Below are positions 12,945-25,190 of a DNA stretch of 64,000 nt, piece after piece. Position 1 is the stretch's first letter. Each line of letters starts with the position of its first letter. Below the pieces are notes generated by a model, which had not been told where the DNA came from, did no database searches, and was given only the letters and a program-made list of their open reading frames with translations. This DNA comes from Octopus sinensis (Eukaryota). Both the position numbers and the translations under genes were made by a program. The stretch is from contig NC_042998.1 of assembly GCF_006345805.1 (NCBI RefSeq), positions 196,788,001-196,852,000 on the forward strand, written 5' to 3'.

Positions 12945-13358
12945 GGATCTTTTCGGTTTGACCGGCAGTTTTTTCTAGCGGCGTCATATGAAATTGTCAC
13001 CCATAATTATGACCCTAGTATCGATCTATTGCATTTCAATCTCTTTTAGGGTTAGGGTTAGGGGTGGGGGGAAGGGTATCTTTTTTTCTTCAGAAATGTA
13101 AATAAACCCAATCTGTTTCTTAAACGAGTGACATATTCATACGGCACAGTGTTTTCACCTCAATAGACGTCATTGATTGGTTGAAATTGCAGAAATTGAA
13201 GAAAAAAACAACAAATATCTTACAAACTATAGAATTTTCTCAATAAAGCCAAGAGAAAAAGATGTTTTATAAACACATTCTACCAGTATACGAAGTTTAA
13301 AAGTGTTTAGTTACGTGGAAATTATTTTTAAAAACTGCCGGTCAAACCGAAAAGATCC
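12945..13358. mobile_element. MITE with 29-bp perfect TIRs and 8-bp TSD (Merlin-like)
   Basis: TIR GGATCTTTTCGGTTTGACCGGCAGTTTTT; TSD AAATATAC at 12937-12944 and 13359-13366; GG termini with an 8-bp TSD fit Merlin, though hAT or P cannot be excluded. Confidence 0.8.
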
Positions 13359-13581
13359 AAATATACAACTCCAAAACAACAACAACAGTAACAACATCAA
13401 CAACAACGTACATTAAATTCTACGAAATAAACCAGAAATAAAGTCAAGAGAATTTAAGAGAGGACAACAAAGACAATCCTAAACAAATTCTTTTTTTTTT
13501 GTGTAGTAACCACAAACACCATTTAAATATTGTTGTTATTGTTGTAACGTTTTGTGAAGGGGATTATTTAGCTACTATTAT

Positions 13582-13595
13582 GTTGTTATAGCAAC
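13582..13595. promoter_or_regulatory. RFX X-box match
   Basis: GTTGTTATAGCAAC fits GTHNYYATRRNAAC; motif match only. Confidence 0.3.
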
Positions 13596-14364
13596 AGAAT
13601 AATTTCATGTACAAAAGAAGTAGTGACCTAGAATAAAAAGGGTTGAAATGAAAAGACTCGTTAAGTTGAAGATTTCAGCTGCATTGGACGTGAATATATA
13701 GTTTATCTTATAGCCTGCTGCCTTCCAGTAACCGCCAACTACCTGGCCGCCTGCTTTTCATGCGTAGCTGTGTTACATTGACACAGAGAGAACCCACCAC
13801 ATACCACCACCGCCACAACTATGTTTGACGTGTGGTGGCGTGTGGTAGCCTGTGGTGGCGTGTGGTGGCGTATGGTGTAGTTTTCTAGTCTACGTGTCGT
13901 TAAATCAAAAATCCACCCGTACAGGTATTGACTCTAACCCCTCAAATGCCGTCCTTTCATGATGTACTACCTGATAATTTTGGTGTGTTTCATCTTCCAC
14001 TCCTTCGTTCCAGTGTTTATCGCATTAAAATCTGACCAACATCGCTTCGAATTCCTTTATTCCTTACATTGGATACAGCACGCAGGATGTAGTAAACTTT
14101 GAACTTAGCAACTCATACCTATTTTACAACTGTATAATCATTGCCCCTTCATCGCTACCCCACTTTATATGTATGTATGTGTGTATGTATGTACGTCCGT
14201 ATCTATGTATTTATGTATGTATGTATGTATGTATGTATGTATGTATGTATGTTGTATGTATGTATGTATGTATGTATCTCTCTCTCACACATACACATGT
14301 TGAACCGTTTAATCTCTACACATTTTTTCTCTTTCCATTTTTTTTCATTCTCCATTTTTTTATC

Positions 14365-14495
14365 GCTTAATCCTTTCTGTCAAAGAGCGTAGGCTCGAAA
14401 CATAAAATACTTTTCTATTCTTCCCGAGCAGAATGGAACAAATACACCTGCTTGTTGTTCTTTCTACACCTGTATTCGTCTTTTGTTTTCTGTAA
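14365..14495 (+). mobile_element. Penelope-like terminal fragment with a decayed hammerhead
   Basis: CTTT-CTGTCAA-AGAGCGTAGGCTC-GAAAC-ATA-AAAT at 14373-14408; homologous to 43534-43725 and 46776-46928. Confidence 0.55.
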
Positions 14496-14573
14496 ATTTG
14501 AACTCGATATATATATAAAATAGGGAGAATGAGGAATTTGAACTTCCAAATTTTAAGTTTATTTCCAGTTAGT

Positions 14574-14760
14574 ATATTTCTTTACTACCCACAAGGGGCT
14601 AAACACAGAGGGGACAAGCAAGGACAGAAAAAGGATTATGTCGATTACATCTACCCCAGTGCGAAACTGGTACTTAATTTATCGATCTCGAAAGGATGAA
14701 AGGCAAAGTCGACCTCGGCGGAATTTGAACTCAGAATGCAACGACAGACGAGTTACCGCA
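14574..14760 (-). mobile_element. SINE D unit, 5'-truncated
   Basis: Reverse complement of the D unit. Confidence 0.8.
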
Positions 14761-15511
14761 AGAAACTTGTCTTTATATACAATATTTTCGTAAATAGAAA
14801 AAAATAAAAGGCGATCAGCTGATCTAGTTTCAATCCTATTTTGGGATTTCATCTGTAACAGACTACATTGTTTAATTGCCCACAGAAATAACACTGCTTG
14901 TAAACTCACTATTACTAACAACTTACGTAAATCGGATAATCCAATTTGCATACCATAGCGCATTCGTGACAGCTAATTCAATGTGTGTGTGTGTGTGTGA
15001 GAGACTATGTGTCATAGGTAAGTAAACCTATTGGATATGAGCAATACTTTTCAGTGTGTTTTATAGTCAATGTCTTTATATTTAGAATTCAATTATTGAA
15101 ATATTTCAGAGTTGAATTACTATTTTTTTTTTCCAGGAGAAAAGAATTTAACTTTTGTCAAAGTAAACAATGAGTGGACATAATGAAAGCTAGGTGTGGT
15201 TGGGAGCGGAGGATTAACGTGTCTGTGTGTTTATACCTGTTTAATATACTTCTTTATGAGCGTTATGCATGAACAGTCACGCACCAATATACATACGTAC
15301 ATACATTCATACATATGTATGTATGTATGCATATATATTATATGTATATATGCATACATATATTGCATGCTTTTTATTTATGTATGTAAATAAAAAAACA
15401 GTGCCATAATAAAGAACTCAATACTTGGTGTTCAGCTGAATATTTTCGTTTTAAAAGATAACAGTGTTCACGATGTTTCGCTAAATTTGGCTTTTTTTAA
15501 AAACTGACTGC

Positions 15512-15525
15512 GTTACTATAGCAAC
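15512..15525. promoter_or_regulatory. RFX X-box match inside a 20-bp near-palindrome
   Basis: TGC-GTTACTATAGCAAC-GCA; YY1-like AAGATGGCGG on the minus strand ~115 bp away. Confidence 0.4.
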
Positions 15526-16039
15526 GCATCGATTGTCCACTTGAACAACAATGACAACATACCATCATTTGATCGAATGTTTTTTTTTTCTTCCACTCTT
15601 TAATTTAAGAAATATTTTAGGAAGCCGAGAATCACCGCCATCTTCATAACATTGTCATTTGTAAACAGTCGGTAAATTTCTTCCCCAAACCATTCTTTAT
15701 ACTCCAGGCTCACAAACATACACTCGTACACAAACAAGTGCGGAAAGCATGCTTGGTCGGTTCAAACCACGAAAGCTGACATGTTCCTTCCATCGCCTTG
15801 AAACAATCTACTCCAGAGTTAAATCCTTATCTCACTAAGTCTCTCTCCATCGACCGCGTCCTCCGCTTCATTTTTTGTAAATCACTCATTCTCATTTAAT
15901 TGTATATATTTTGTTTGTTAATTCATACGTTTCGTCTCATTCGATACCCTAACCCCAATGTTTGTTTTGTCTGTCCTCGTATCGTCCCCTCTTTTTCTTA
16001 ACCTCGTGGTTAATAAAGAAATTCTCTCTCTCTCTCTCA

Positions 16040-16071
<32 letters not shown>

Positions 16072-16119
16072 TGCAGAAAAGAGTTACAATATGTCTCATT
16101 CTCTAAAAGAGCAACCTCT

Positions 16120-17190
16120 CTGCTCCTGCCAATTACCTTCCTATCACATCTTTAAAATGATGAAGACAGCTATCAACAACAGCCTTCCCCGTCACTTTCT
16201 CTATTTCTCTCATCACCACCATCATGGTTTTCGGAAAGCCAGATCTGTCGTGTCACCCACCAGTGGGATCTGATTCTAAAGAAATTTGGTGAAAGCAATA
16301 TCGTTGGTCTCGACATCAGCAAGGCTTTCGTCTGTGTCTGGTTCGCTAATTACGTGGTAAAACTACTCATGTATGGTACCCAGCCTTCTTTCATCTCTTG
16401 ACTCGGTAGTTTTCTGTCAGATCGAACCGTATGCTGTATGTTGAAGGAACTTCCTCTAGCCATCAATTCTAGAATCCTCTCTAGCTTTCGGTTTATTCTC
16501 CACACCTTTCTCTGCATCAAATGTCTACTTATTGCCATCTACAACAACGCCTCCTTCCGTTAAGGATACCTATTTCTTTATTACCCACAAGGGGCTAAAC
16601 ATAGAGGGGACAAACAAAGACAGACATAGGTATTAAGTCGATTACATCGACCCCAGTGCGTAACTGGTACTTATCTAATCGACCCCGAAAGGATGAAAGG
16701 CAAAGTCGACCTCGGCGGAATTTGAACTCAGAACGCGGCGACGGACGAAATACCACAAAGCATTTCGCCCGGCGCGCTAACGTTTCTGCCAGTTCGCCGC
16801 CTTCCGTTAAGGATACCATCCTCGATTCCTTCTTAGTCTTCCGCACCCAAACGTTCAACTGAGATACCCAACACAAAATTTGTCATGACATCACGACAAA
16901 GGATTGCCATTCGTTCTTCCTGAACAACCCCGAACGTACATCTCCCATGAGCGATCTATGCACCACACCCCCAAAGCTGATTTCACAAACGATGAGATTG
17001 AGAGCAGTCTTTTATGCACCAATACCAATCTCATTATCTTTCAACAGCAAAAGACAAACGTCACTCAAGTGAAGAATATAAACCAGTGCGTTCGCTCGCC
17101 TACGCAGAGTGGCATTCAGCCAGAACCGACACGGTCGCACCAAATGCTCGCCCTTACGAATAGTGAGGATTTCATCGGACGAAAACCTCT
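16120..17190 (+). pseudogene. Decayed LINE reverse transcriptase (Jockey/CR1-like)
   Basis: HGFRKARS, VGLDISKAFVCVW (canonical LDISKAFDRVW), YGTQPSFIS*LGSFLSDRTV; has stops and frameshifts; split by a D SINE. Confidence 0.7.
16571..16801 (-). mobile_element. SINE D monomer
   Basis: TSD CCTTCCGTTAAGGATACC at 16553-16570 and 16800-16817. Confidence 0.92.
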
Positions 17191-17812
17191 CCTTTACCGC
17201 ATCCCAAAGACTGGCACTTCTCTTTATAAACACACACACACACACACACACACAACACACACACACACACATACACATATATATAGACACATATCTACAC
17301 CCACACACACACTTGCGTATATATATATAATCAAAATAAGCAACAAGGATATCCAAGGTAGTGTAGTACAATCGGTTCATGCTACTTCATTTAAATGAAG
17401 TAGCATGAAACGATTGTACTACACTACCTTTAAATATCCTTGTTGCTTATTTTGATTATAATCACCCTATTTGATTTATATGGATAATACCATACCAAAT
17501 TCTGGTGCCTTTAACTTAAGTACCATATTCATCTGAATCTAAATTTTTGCTGAACTTATATATATATAATATATACATGCCACACATATATATACATACA
17601 TATGTGTGTGTATGTATTTAAAACAGTTTTATTCTGCTTCGTGCGACTTAAAGTCTTGCAGGCCCCTGGCAGAACCCCGTCTCTTTCAGGCTTCTGTTAG
17701 AGATCCGCGGATCTGTAGGTCGCATGAAGCAGAATAAAACTGTTTTAAACGATACATATAACTCCTACTAAATGTGTGTTGAGTGCCTTTTCCCTCGTTT
17801 GTCCACTCATGC

Positions 17813-17847
<35 letters not shown>

Positions 17848-17850
<3 letters not shown>

Positions 17851-18244
17851 TTATATATAGAAGTAAGGTTGTGTGTCTGTCTCCTACGATTTAGATTCCT
17901 AACTACTCCCACATTTTGCAGTGCAGTTTAACCAAAACCGGGTATCTTATAGTCGTGATTCATATCGAGCCCTTCTGGGTATTAGCGCGCGTCTACGATG
18001 AGTCTACGATTAAAAAAAAATTTACCATAATTTTTTTCCATTTTAATGCATTTTTTCGCTATTAAATAAGGGAAGTAACTCTCTAAAAAATGTTTACGGT
18101 GAGTCAACGATTTAAAAAAAAATTACCATAATTTTTTTTCCATTTTTAATGCATTTTTTTGCTATTTTTTGGCTATAACTCTCTAAAAATGCTTATATAG
18201 TTATTTCTCTTACAAACCCGAGCAACGCCGGGCGATACTGCTAG
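17848..18244 (+). mobile_element. Complete non-autonomous Helitron, internal type H1
   Basis: 5' TCTTTATATATAG after (AT)n; 3' hairpin CCCGAGCAACGCCGGG then CTAG|T; second copy at 50702-51099 on the minus strand. Confidence 0.85.
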
Positions 18245-18339
18245 TTAATTTATATTTACGAATTAGTAACTCTCTGTATTTAATTTTTTTTACGGTTCAT
18301 AGGATCATGTTCAAGGTGGCTTCGTCATTCATGTGTGCC

Positions 18340-18455
18340 AAATATTATCCAAACTCACAAAAGCGGGTATGCTTCCGTTCCGCTGCCAGTTGCAGAACAA
18401 CGCTGCCAAGACGTCTCCAAACAAGTCTGGCATACAATTGCAAAGCGAGACGCTG
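18340..18455 (-). pseudogene. Tx1/L1-like ORF2 fragment
   Basis: Minus frame CMPDLFGDVLAALFCNWQRNGSIPAFVS resembles the segment after the SPGxDG motif of L1/Tx1 ORF2 (from memory). Confidence 0.45.
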
Positions 18456-18517
18456 TGGTGGTGATCGTGGTGGTGGTGACGGTGGTGGTGGTGGTGGTGG
18501 TGACGGTGTTCGTGGCA

Positions 18518-19020
18518 GGCAGAACCATATCCCCAACAAAGATGTCCTCAGGCAAGCAGGAATACCAAGCATGTTTGCACTCCTCACGCAAAGACGTATG
18601 AGATGGCTTGGGCATGTTAGCCGTATGAAAGATGGCAGAATCCCGGGTAGACCGATCTTACGTTACAAGGATGTTTGCAAAAGGGACATGAAGGCCTGCA
18701 ACATCAATATTAGCGGTTGGGAGGCAGTTGCCGGCAACCGTGGAGATTGGCGACGTACCGTAAGAGAGGGAATACAAAGGAGTGACAGAGAGAGAGAGGA
18801 GAAATGGAAAGAAAAGAAGAGACGTCAACAAGAAACTATGGCACTACAACCAGCCAGGAACAGTCTTCGCTGCATTTGCGGTACCTGCCAGAGGGAGTGT
18901 TTGTCCAGGATAGGACTACACAGCCACAGCAGATGTATTAGGACGTGAAATGTAAAAGCCGGACTAGACTACTTTATGCGCAACTCCATTGTCTCCCGAG
19001 ACAAAAAGGATGCCAACAAT
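18518..19020 (+). mobile_element. 5'-truncated RTE-clade LINE
   Basis: NHIPNKDVLRQAGIPSM..QRRMRWLGHVSRM..GRPILRYKDVCKRDMK..CGTCQRECLSRIGLHSH; 3' hairpin TTGTCTC-CC-GAGACAA at 18989-19004. Confidence 0.9.
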
Positions 19021-19022
19021 GT

Positions 19023-20123
19023 CCTTTGACTGTGAAGCTGTCGTCTGGGTTCTTCCAATTTTTGTCGGTGGTGGAGTTGGCGTCCATGCTCGCACCTGCA
19101 CCTGTGTCGCTCCTCCCCTTCCTCCCTCCTTCATGAAGCTGTGGGGAAGGCAGGGTAAGGAAATCAACGTCGTAAGCGTTGTCAAGGAGACCCGCCTTCT
19201 TTTAGAACGACGACTTCATGGCTTTGAAGTCGCCAAAACAGAAATGGCTAAGAAAGCCGAAAGCAAATTCTACAAAATGGGGAAACACGCCACACAGGGA
19301 AGGTTTCCCGTGCGAAGAATTTGCACAAACCGAATGCTTTAGTTGTTGAACAACTTTTACATAAAAGATGTTATCCGAACACAAACTTTTGAAGGCAATA
19401 AAAAGGCAAACTTGAAGACAATATTGTATGGCGATGGTACTTGTGAAATATAGTAATGGATTTAGTAGCCAAAAGGAGAGAGAGCAGAGGCATAGTATGG
19501 TGGCGGCGGTGATGGTGGTGGTGGCGGTGGAGATAGCGACGGCGGACGTGGTAGTGGCAGCGGCAGCAGCGGCGGCGGCGGTGGTGGTGGTGGTGGTCAT
19601 GGTGGTAGTGGTAGTTGTGGTGGTGGTAGTGGTGGTGGTGGTGGTCATGGTGGTAGTGGTGGTGGTGGTGGTCATGGTGGTAGTGGTAGTTGTGGTGGTG
19701 GTAGTGGTGGTGGTGGTGGTCATGGTGGTGGTGGTGTTTGTGGCAGAGTTGGCCTTTGACTGTGAAGCTGTCGTCTGGGTTCTTCCAATTTTTGTCGGTG
19801 GCGGAGTTGGCGTCCATGCTCGCACCTGCACCTGTGTCGCTCCTCCCCTCCTTCCCTCCTTCATGAAGCTGTGGGGAAGGCAGGGTAAGGAAATCAACGT
19901 CGTAAGCGTTGTCAAGGAGACCCGCCTTCTTTTAGAACGACGACTTCATGGCTTTGAAGTCGCCAAAACAGAAATGGCTAAGAAAGCCGAAAGCAAATTC
20001 TACAAAATGGGGAAACACGCCACACAGGGAAGGTTTCCCGTGCAAAGAATTTGCACAAACCGAATCTTTTAATTGTTGCACAACTTTTACATAAAAAATA
20101 TTATCCAAACACAAACTTTTGAA
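19023..20123. repeat. Direct duplication of a ~370-bp unit (19023-19392 and 19754-20123)
   Basis: Near-identical copies separated by unique sequence and a (GGT)n-rich tract. Confidence 0.9.
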
Positions 20124-20330
20124 GTTTAGTATTGTCTTTTTTATTTTTAACGCTTGTGCAAAATTGGATTTGTTTTTGGTGGTAGTGTTGGTGGTAGTGT
20201 TGGTGGTAGTGTTGGTGGTAGTGTTGGTGGTAGTGTTGGTGTCACGGTGTCACTTGTAGTGGTTGAGGTCGTAGTAGTGGTGTTGTTGTTGGCAGTTAGG
20301 GTAAACGGAGAAACGACGATGTCGTTGTTG

Positions 20331-20362
<32 letters not shown>

Positions 20363-20457
20363 GACGGTGGTGGTGGTGGTGGCGGCGGCGGCGGCGGTGT
20401 TGGTGACGGTGGTGGTGGTGGCGGCGGCGGCGGCGGTGGTGGTGTTGGTGGTGGTGG

Positions 20458-20924
20458 TGGAATTTCTCAATTCACTGGAGCCTCCTGGACTACCTCCACA
20501 CATATTAGCACTTAAAGTTGGAACTCCTGTAATGCTACTCCGCAATCTGGAACCACCAAGACTTTGCAATGGAACACGACTGGTGATAAAGAAAATGATG
20601 TCACACGTTATCGAGGCGATCATTCTTTCTGGATGTGGAAAAGCTGATGACGTCTTTATTCCAAGATTTCCTCTTACTCCATCAGGAGTAGAAATTCCAT
20701 TTACATTCAGAAGACTGCAATTCCCCCTTCGTGTCAGCTTTGCCATGTCCATTAACAAATCTCAGGGTCAAACCCTCTCTGTAGCTGGTCTTCTCTTGGA
20801 AGAGCCCTGCTTCTCGCATGGGCAACTGTATGTTGGCTGCTCAAGAGTAGGAACCAAAAGAAACCTTTTTGTATATGCTCCACAAGGAAAAACAAGGAAC
20901 ATTGTTTACAATGAGGTGTTATAA
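20458..20924 (+). CDS. Helitron RepHel C-terminal PIF1-type helicase fragment (uninterrupted, 5'-truncated)
   Basis: [84 protein letters not shown]. Confidence 0.93.
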
Positions 20925-21107
20925 TCTCAACAGCCAGGAGGTATATACATGATCCCCTTTTTTTAAAAAAACTTCATGTACTTTCATGTATTTATATTAA
21001 TATACATATATATATGTGTGTGTGTGTGTGTGTTCATATATATATATAACAGAAAAATATAATTCTTCAATTGAATGTAACCGGGCAACGCCGGGTATCT
21101 CTGCTAG
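20925..21107 (+). mobile_element. Helitron 3' terminus
   Basis: Imperfect hairpin ACCGGGCAACGCCGGGT, then CTAG at 21104-21107, then T. Confidence 0.85.
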
Positions 21108-21204
21108 TATATATATATATATATATATATATATAATCAGCCGAAATTGCGTCCTTTTTGTATCACCTAGTTGTCCTGATGTTTTGCGTTCTTGTCCCAT
21201 TTTG

Positions 21205-21257
<53 letters not shown>

Positions 21258-21261
<4 letters not shown>

Positions 21262-21368
21262 CCTGCTCGCTTAGCCGGCGGGGTGGCGTCATTCGAAGGC
21301 TAAAACAATGCGAACGCATTGTGACCAGCGATGTGAACAACATCTGATGGTCTGGTCGGTCACGTGAT

Positions 21369-21375
<7 letters not shown>
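21258..21375 (+). mobile_element. Solo tail module E inside (TA)n
   Basis: Copy of 1706-1826, with (TA)n on both sides. Confidence 0.8.
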
Positions 21376-21412
<37 letters not shown>

Positions 21413-21416
21413 TAAA

Positions 21417-21734
21417 GACTCCGCCGGTTACGACGACGAGGGTCCCAGCTGATACGATCACGGAACAGCTTGCTCGTGAAATTAACGTGCAAATGGCTGA
21501 GCATTCCACAGACACGTGTACCCTTAACGTAGTTCTCGGGGATAATCAGCGTGACACAGAGAGTGACAAGGCTGACCCTTTGAAATACAAGTACAACTCA
21601 TTTTTGCCAGCTGAGTGGACTGGAGCAACGTGAAATAAAGTGTCTTGCTCAAGGACACAACGCGTCGCCGGGAATCGAACTCACAACCTTACGATCATGA
21701 GCCGAATGCCCTAACCACTAAGCCACGCGCCCTC
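21417..21734 (-). mobile_element. SINE with C head and B1 (Nin-like) tail
   Basis: Head GGCGCGTGGCTTAGTGGTTAGGG..TTGAGCAAGACAC; tail shared with B1 from GTTGTAC onward. Confidence 0.85.
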
Positions 21735-21780
21735 ACATATATATATATACATACACACACACACACACATATATACATAC

Positions 21781-21816
<36 letters not shown>

Positions 21817-22314
21817 TTCAGCATGACCACGTTATATAAGCATGACCAAGTTATATAAGCCACAGGGCCTCCGTCTAATTTGATCTCTGTCGCAGTCCCT
21901 ATACGTCTTATAGTTTGGTTTATACAGTGGAATTTAGGTGTGATTTTGTAATCGAAATAAATATCAGACCTCGCTTATCCTGTCAGGGCGAGCGTTGAGC
22001 GAATAAACAGTCCTGATCGTAAACAAAGGAAAGTAAACTGATCGGAATTTCAGAATCTTGAGAACGTGTTAAAAATCCGAAATTCGGACAAGGAATGTTT
22101 AGATACCCGACGAATGACTGCTACAAATAAATTGATTCCAGTGGCAGCACAGACATTTGGTGACTGAATGACATCACAGAAGTTGCTGCAATAGGATCTT
22201 CTCTTTCAACAAGTACAAGTACAGGTGGTGCTACGAGGATGATTGACTATAGGCGGTGGAAGTGTTTGTAGTGAAGATAGTAATGGTGTTGTTGTTGTTG
22301 TTGGTGGTGGTGGT

Positions 22315-22683
22315 TTGTTTGTTGAGCGAAGCGGTCTTCGTCCCATTAGTGGGAGAAGTCCGAAACGTAGTCCTTTGCTATTCGTAAGACCCGCAGAAGA
22401 GAAAGCAGGTCAAACCCCCGACACCGAGAGCATCGACGAATGGATGAATGCGCATCCAGGCTCAGCGGTTGCGTAGGAAGTCGAGGACAAGAAACAGGAA
22501 GAAAGAGTGAGAAAAAGTTGGGGTGAAAAAATACAACAGGGGTCGCCACCACCCCCTGCCGGAGCCTCGTGGAGCTTTAGGTGTTTTCGCTCAATAAACA
22601 CACACAACGCCCGGTCTGGTAATCGAAACCGCGATCCTCCGACCGCGAGTCCGCTGCCCTAACCACTGGGCCATTGCGCCTCC
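22315..22683 (-). mobile_element. SINE B2
   Basis: Full copy. Confidence 0.85.
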
Positions 22684-23296
22684 ACGTTGTTGTTGGTGGT
22701 GGTGGTGGCGGTAATAGGGCCAGTGGTGGGTGAATAAGAGGTAAGTTTTAATATTCATATATAAGTTTACCACATATTTATTGGTGTCGTATGAAACGCG
22801 CAGCCATGCGTGATGCTGGAAGAGAAGATTGGTGACGCCTGTGTCCCAGACAAACGACTGCTGATCACATTCTTATGTCTATTGATCTGCCTGTTGTTGT
22901 CTTCTGAAACTACATTATCCAATGTGCTCTTTGCGTGATTTGAGATAGATTTGGCTGCTCTTGCTAGCAGCTCTAGTTACCACATACACTTCTTTTTGGT
23001 TGCGTGCGTGCGTACATACGTACGTATGTAAGTATCACTCAGGTTAAATATACCACCATAGGTGACAATTCCTTTTGAAGTTAATGTCTGCAAGGAGAAT
23101 CCCATTGAACTACAGATTAATGGAATATTTCAAGCCAGATTTAAAGATAGGATGCGTAATGTGTGGAAAAGTAAAAACAGTGCTAAAAAAATATGCACTA
23201 CTCCTGGAGAAAGTGCAGTTGTAAGTTAGTACTTACCTTGTTGTAAGTTGCAGTTATAAGTTACTATCTTACCTTGTAAGTGCAGTTGTAAGTTAC

Positions 23297-23680
23297 AGGA
23301 GGCGCAGTGGCCTAGTGGTTAGGGCAGCGGACTCGCGGTCATAGGATCGCGGTTTCGATTCCCAGACCGGGCGTTGTGAGTGTTTATTGAGTGAAAACAC
23401 CTAAAAGCTCCAGGAGGCTCCGGCAGGGGATGGTGGTGATCCCTGCTGTACTCTTTCACCACAACTTTCTCTCACTCTTACTTCCTGTTTCTGTTGTACC
23501 TGTATTTCAAATGGCCGGCCTTGTCACTCTCTGTGTCACACTGAATATCCCCGAGAACTACGTTAAGGGTACACGTGTCTGTGGAGTGCTCAGCCACTTA
23601 CACGTTAATTTCACGAGCAGGCTGTTCCGTTGATTCGGATCAACCGGAACCCTCGTCGTCGTAACCGACGGAGTGCTTCC
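23297..23680 (+). mobile_element. SINE B1
   Basis: Full copy; TSD TGTAAGTTAC. Confidence 0.88.
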
Positions 23681-23821
23681 ATCCATGTAAGTTACTGTCT
23701 TACCTGGTTGAACCTAGTTTCAGCTGCGTCTCAAACTTGATATCAAAAGCTCTTAACCGATTCGACATTGTACAAAGTGGTGATCTTCGATTATCATTGA
23801 CAACGTTAGAACTGAATATTC

Positions 23822-24250
23822 CTTTCTAGTCTAGGCACAAGGTCCAAACTTTTGGGGGAAGGGCCAGTCGATTAGATCAACCCCAGTACGCTACTGGTAC
23901 TTAATTTATCGATCCCGAAAGGAGGAAAGGCAAAGTCGACTTCGGCGGAATTCGAACTCAGAACGTAAAGACAGAGGAAATACCTATTTCTTTACTACCC
24001 ACAAGGGGGTAAATACAGAGAGGACAAACAAGGACAGACAAACGGATTAAGTCGATTATATCGACCTCAGTGCGTAACTGGTACTTATTTAATCGACCCC
24101 GAAAGGATGAAAGGCAAAGTCGACCTCGGCGGAATTCGAACTCAGAACGTAGCGGCAGACGAAATACCACTAAGCATTTCGCCCGGCATGCTAACGTTTC
24201 TTATTTCTTTATTGCCCACAAGGAGCTAAACATAGAGGGGACAAACTAGG
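23822..24250 (-). mobile_element. SINE D multimer (head-unit-D') with an extra partial unit joined into the head
   Basis: Junction GAAATAC|CTATTTC on the plus strand; second junction CGTTTCT|TATTTC near 24201. Confidence 0.8.
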
Positions 24251-24829
24251 ACAGTTGTGTACTGGAGTCGATCTAATCGATTGGACCCATCCCCCTAAAT
24301 TTTGGGCCTTGAGCTTAGAGTAGATAAGAATATAAAAGGATATTGCTGTAGATATCCCGGAAGTCCCGTAGAAGATCTTTGAACATATTTCCCTTGTTGA
24401 GGGAAATTTGGTTATCTCAGTGATGTCATCATGTATAACTCACTAGTGTAGTTGGAGTGGGGGAGCGGAAGGGGCGATCCGCCCCGGGTGGCATTTTTGA
24501 AGGGGGCGGCACTTTTAGGTCTGCTGCAGGCAGTATGTGTTTTTTGTGGGGTCCGTGGGTGGCAAACGGAAGGGCCGCCCCGGGTGGCATACACTACTTG
24601 GAAATCCTTTTATTCGATTGTGCTGTGGTTCTGAATTTTGAAGAAGGTAGGGAGTCCGTCGAGAGATTAGATTGTTGTAATGTGGTCGCTATATTAAGAG
24701 ACATATTTCGTTACTACATTGAGCCGTGGCCTCGATTTTACTAGGAGCACATGGAATGGCTTGCTGAAAAAAATACCCTAGGATAGTGGGTGGATAGGAT
24801 GAGTGAAAAGGTGAGGTGTAGTGTAGATG

Positions 24830-25190
24830 GCAATGGTTAGTAATAGTAATGGAGTTTGTGATGTTGTTGTTGTCGGTGGTAGTGGTAGCGGCGGTGGAGG
24901 TGTTCGTGGTAGTAGTGGTGGCGGTTGGTAGCGGTGGTAGTGGTGGTAATAGTGGTGTTGATTGTGGTGTTGTTGTCGGTAGTGATAGTGATGATGGTGG
25001 TGGTGGTGTTGGTAGTGTTGTTGACGGTGGTGGTGGTGGTAGTGGCGGTGGTGGTGGTGGTGTTCATGGTAGTAGTGTTGGCGGTTGGTAGCGATGGTAG
25101 TGGTGGTGATAGTGGTGTTGATTGCGGTGTTGTTGTCGGTGGTGGTGGTGATGATGATGATGGAGCTGTTGGTAGTGGTGGCGGTGGCAC
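24830..25190. repeat. (GGT/GTT/AGT)n compound trinucleotide tract with internal duplication
   Basis: Direct reading. Confidence 0.9.

Noticed and set aside
13046-13065. Interstitial telomere (TTAGGG)n
   Set aside because: Only about 3 units, and part of the MITE consensus (also near 40123-40143)
15137-15185. Possible terminal exon GEKNLTFVKVNNEWT*
   Set aside because: Strong acceptor but only 15 codons and no supporting upstream exon
20154-20457. Poly-V/A/L N-terminus of the 256-aa ORF
   Set aside because: Microsatellite read-through; only 20458-20924 is helicase
23220-23296. Clustered minus-strand splice donors (AGGTAAG)
   Set aside because: They lie in a short local tandem repeat with no open exon upstream
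23297-23375. tRNA genes at SINE heads
   Set aside because: A- and B-box-like motifs are present, but each head continues into a SINE body and no complete cloverleaf with acceptor stem is evident
24445-24597. GC-rich island as a promoter
   Set aside because: Short, with an internal repeat GCCCCGGGTGGCA and TAGTGTA/TACACTA ends, more like a small hAT-type MITE remnant
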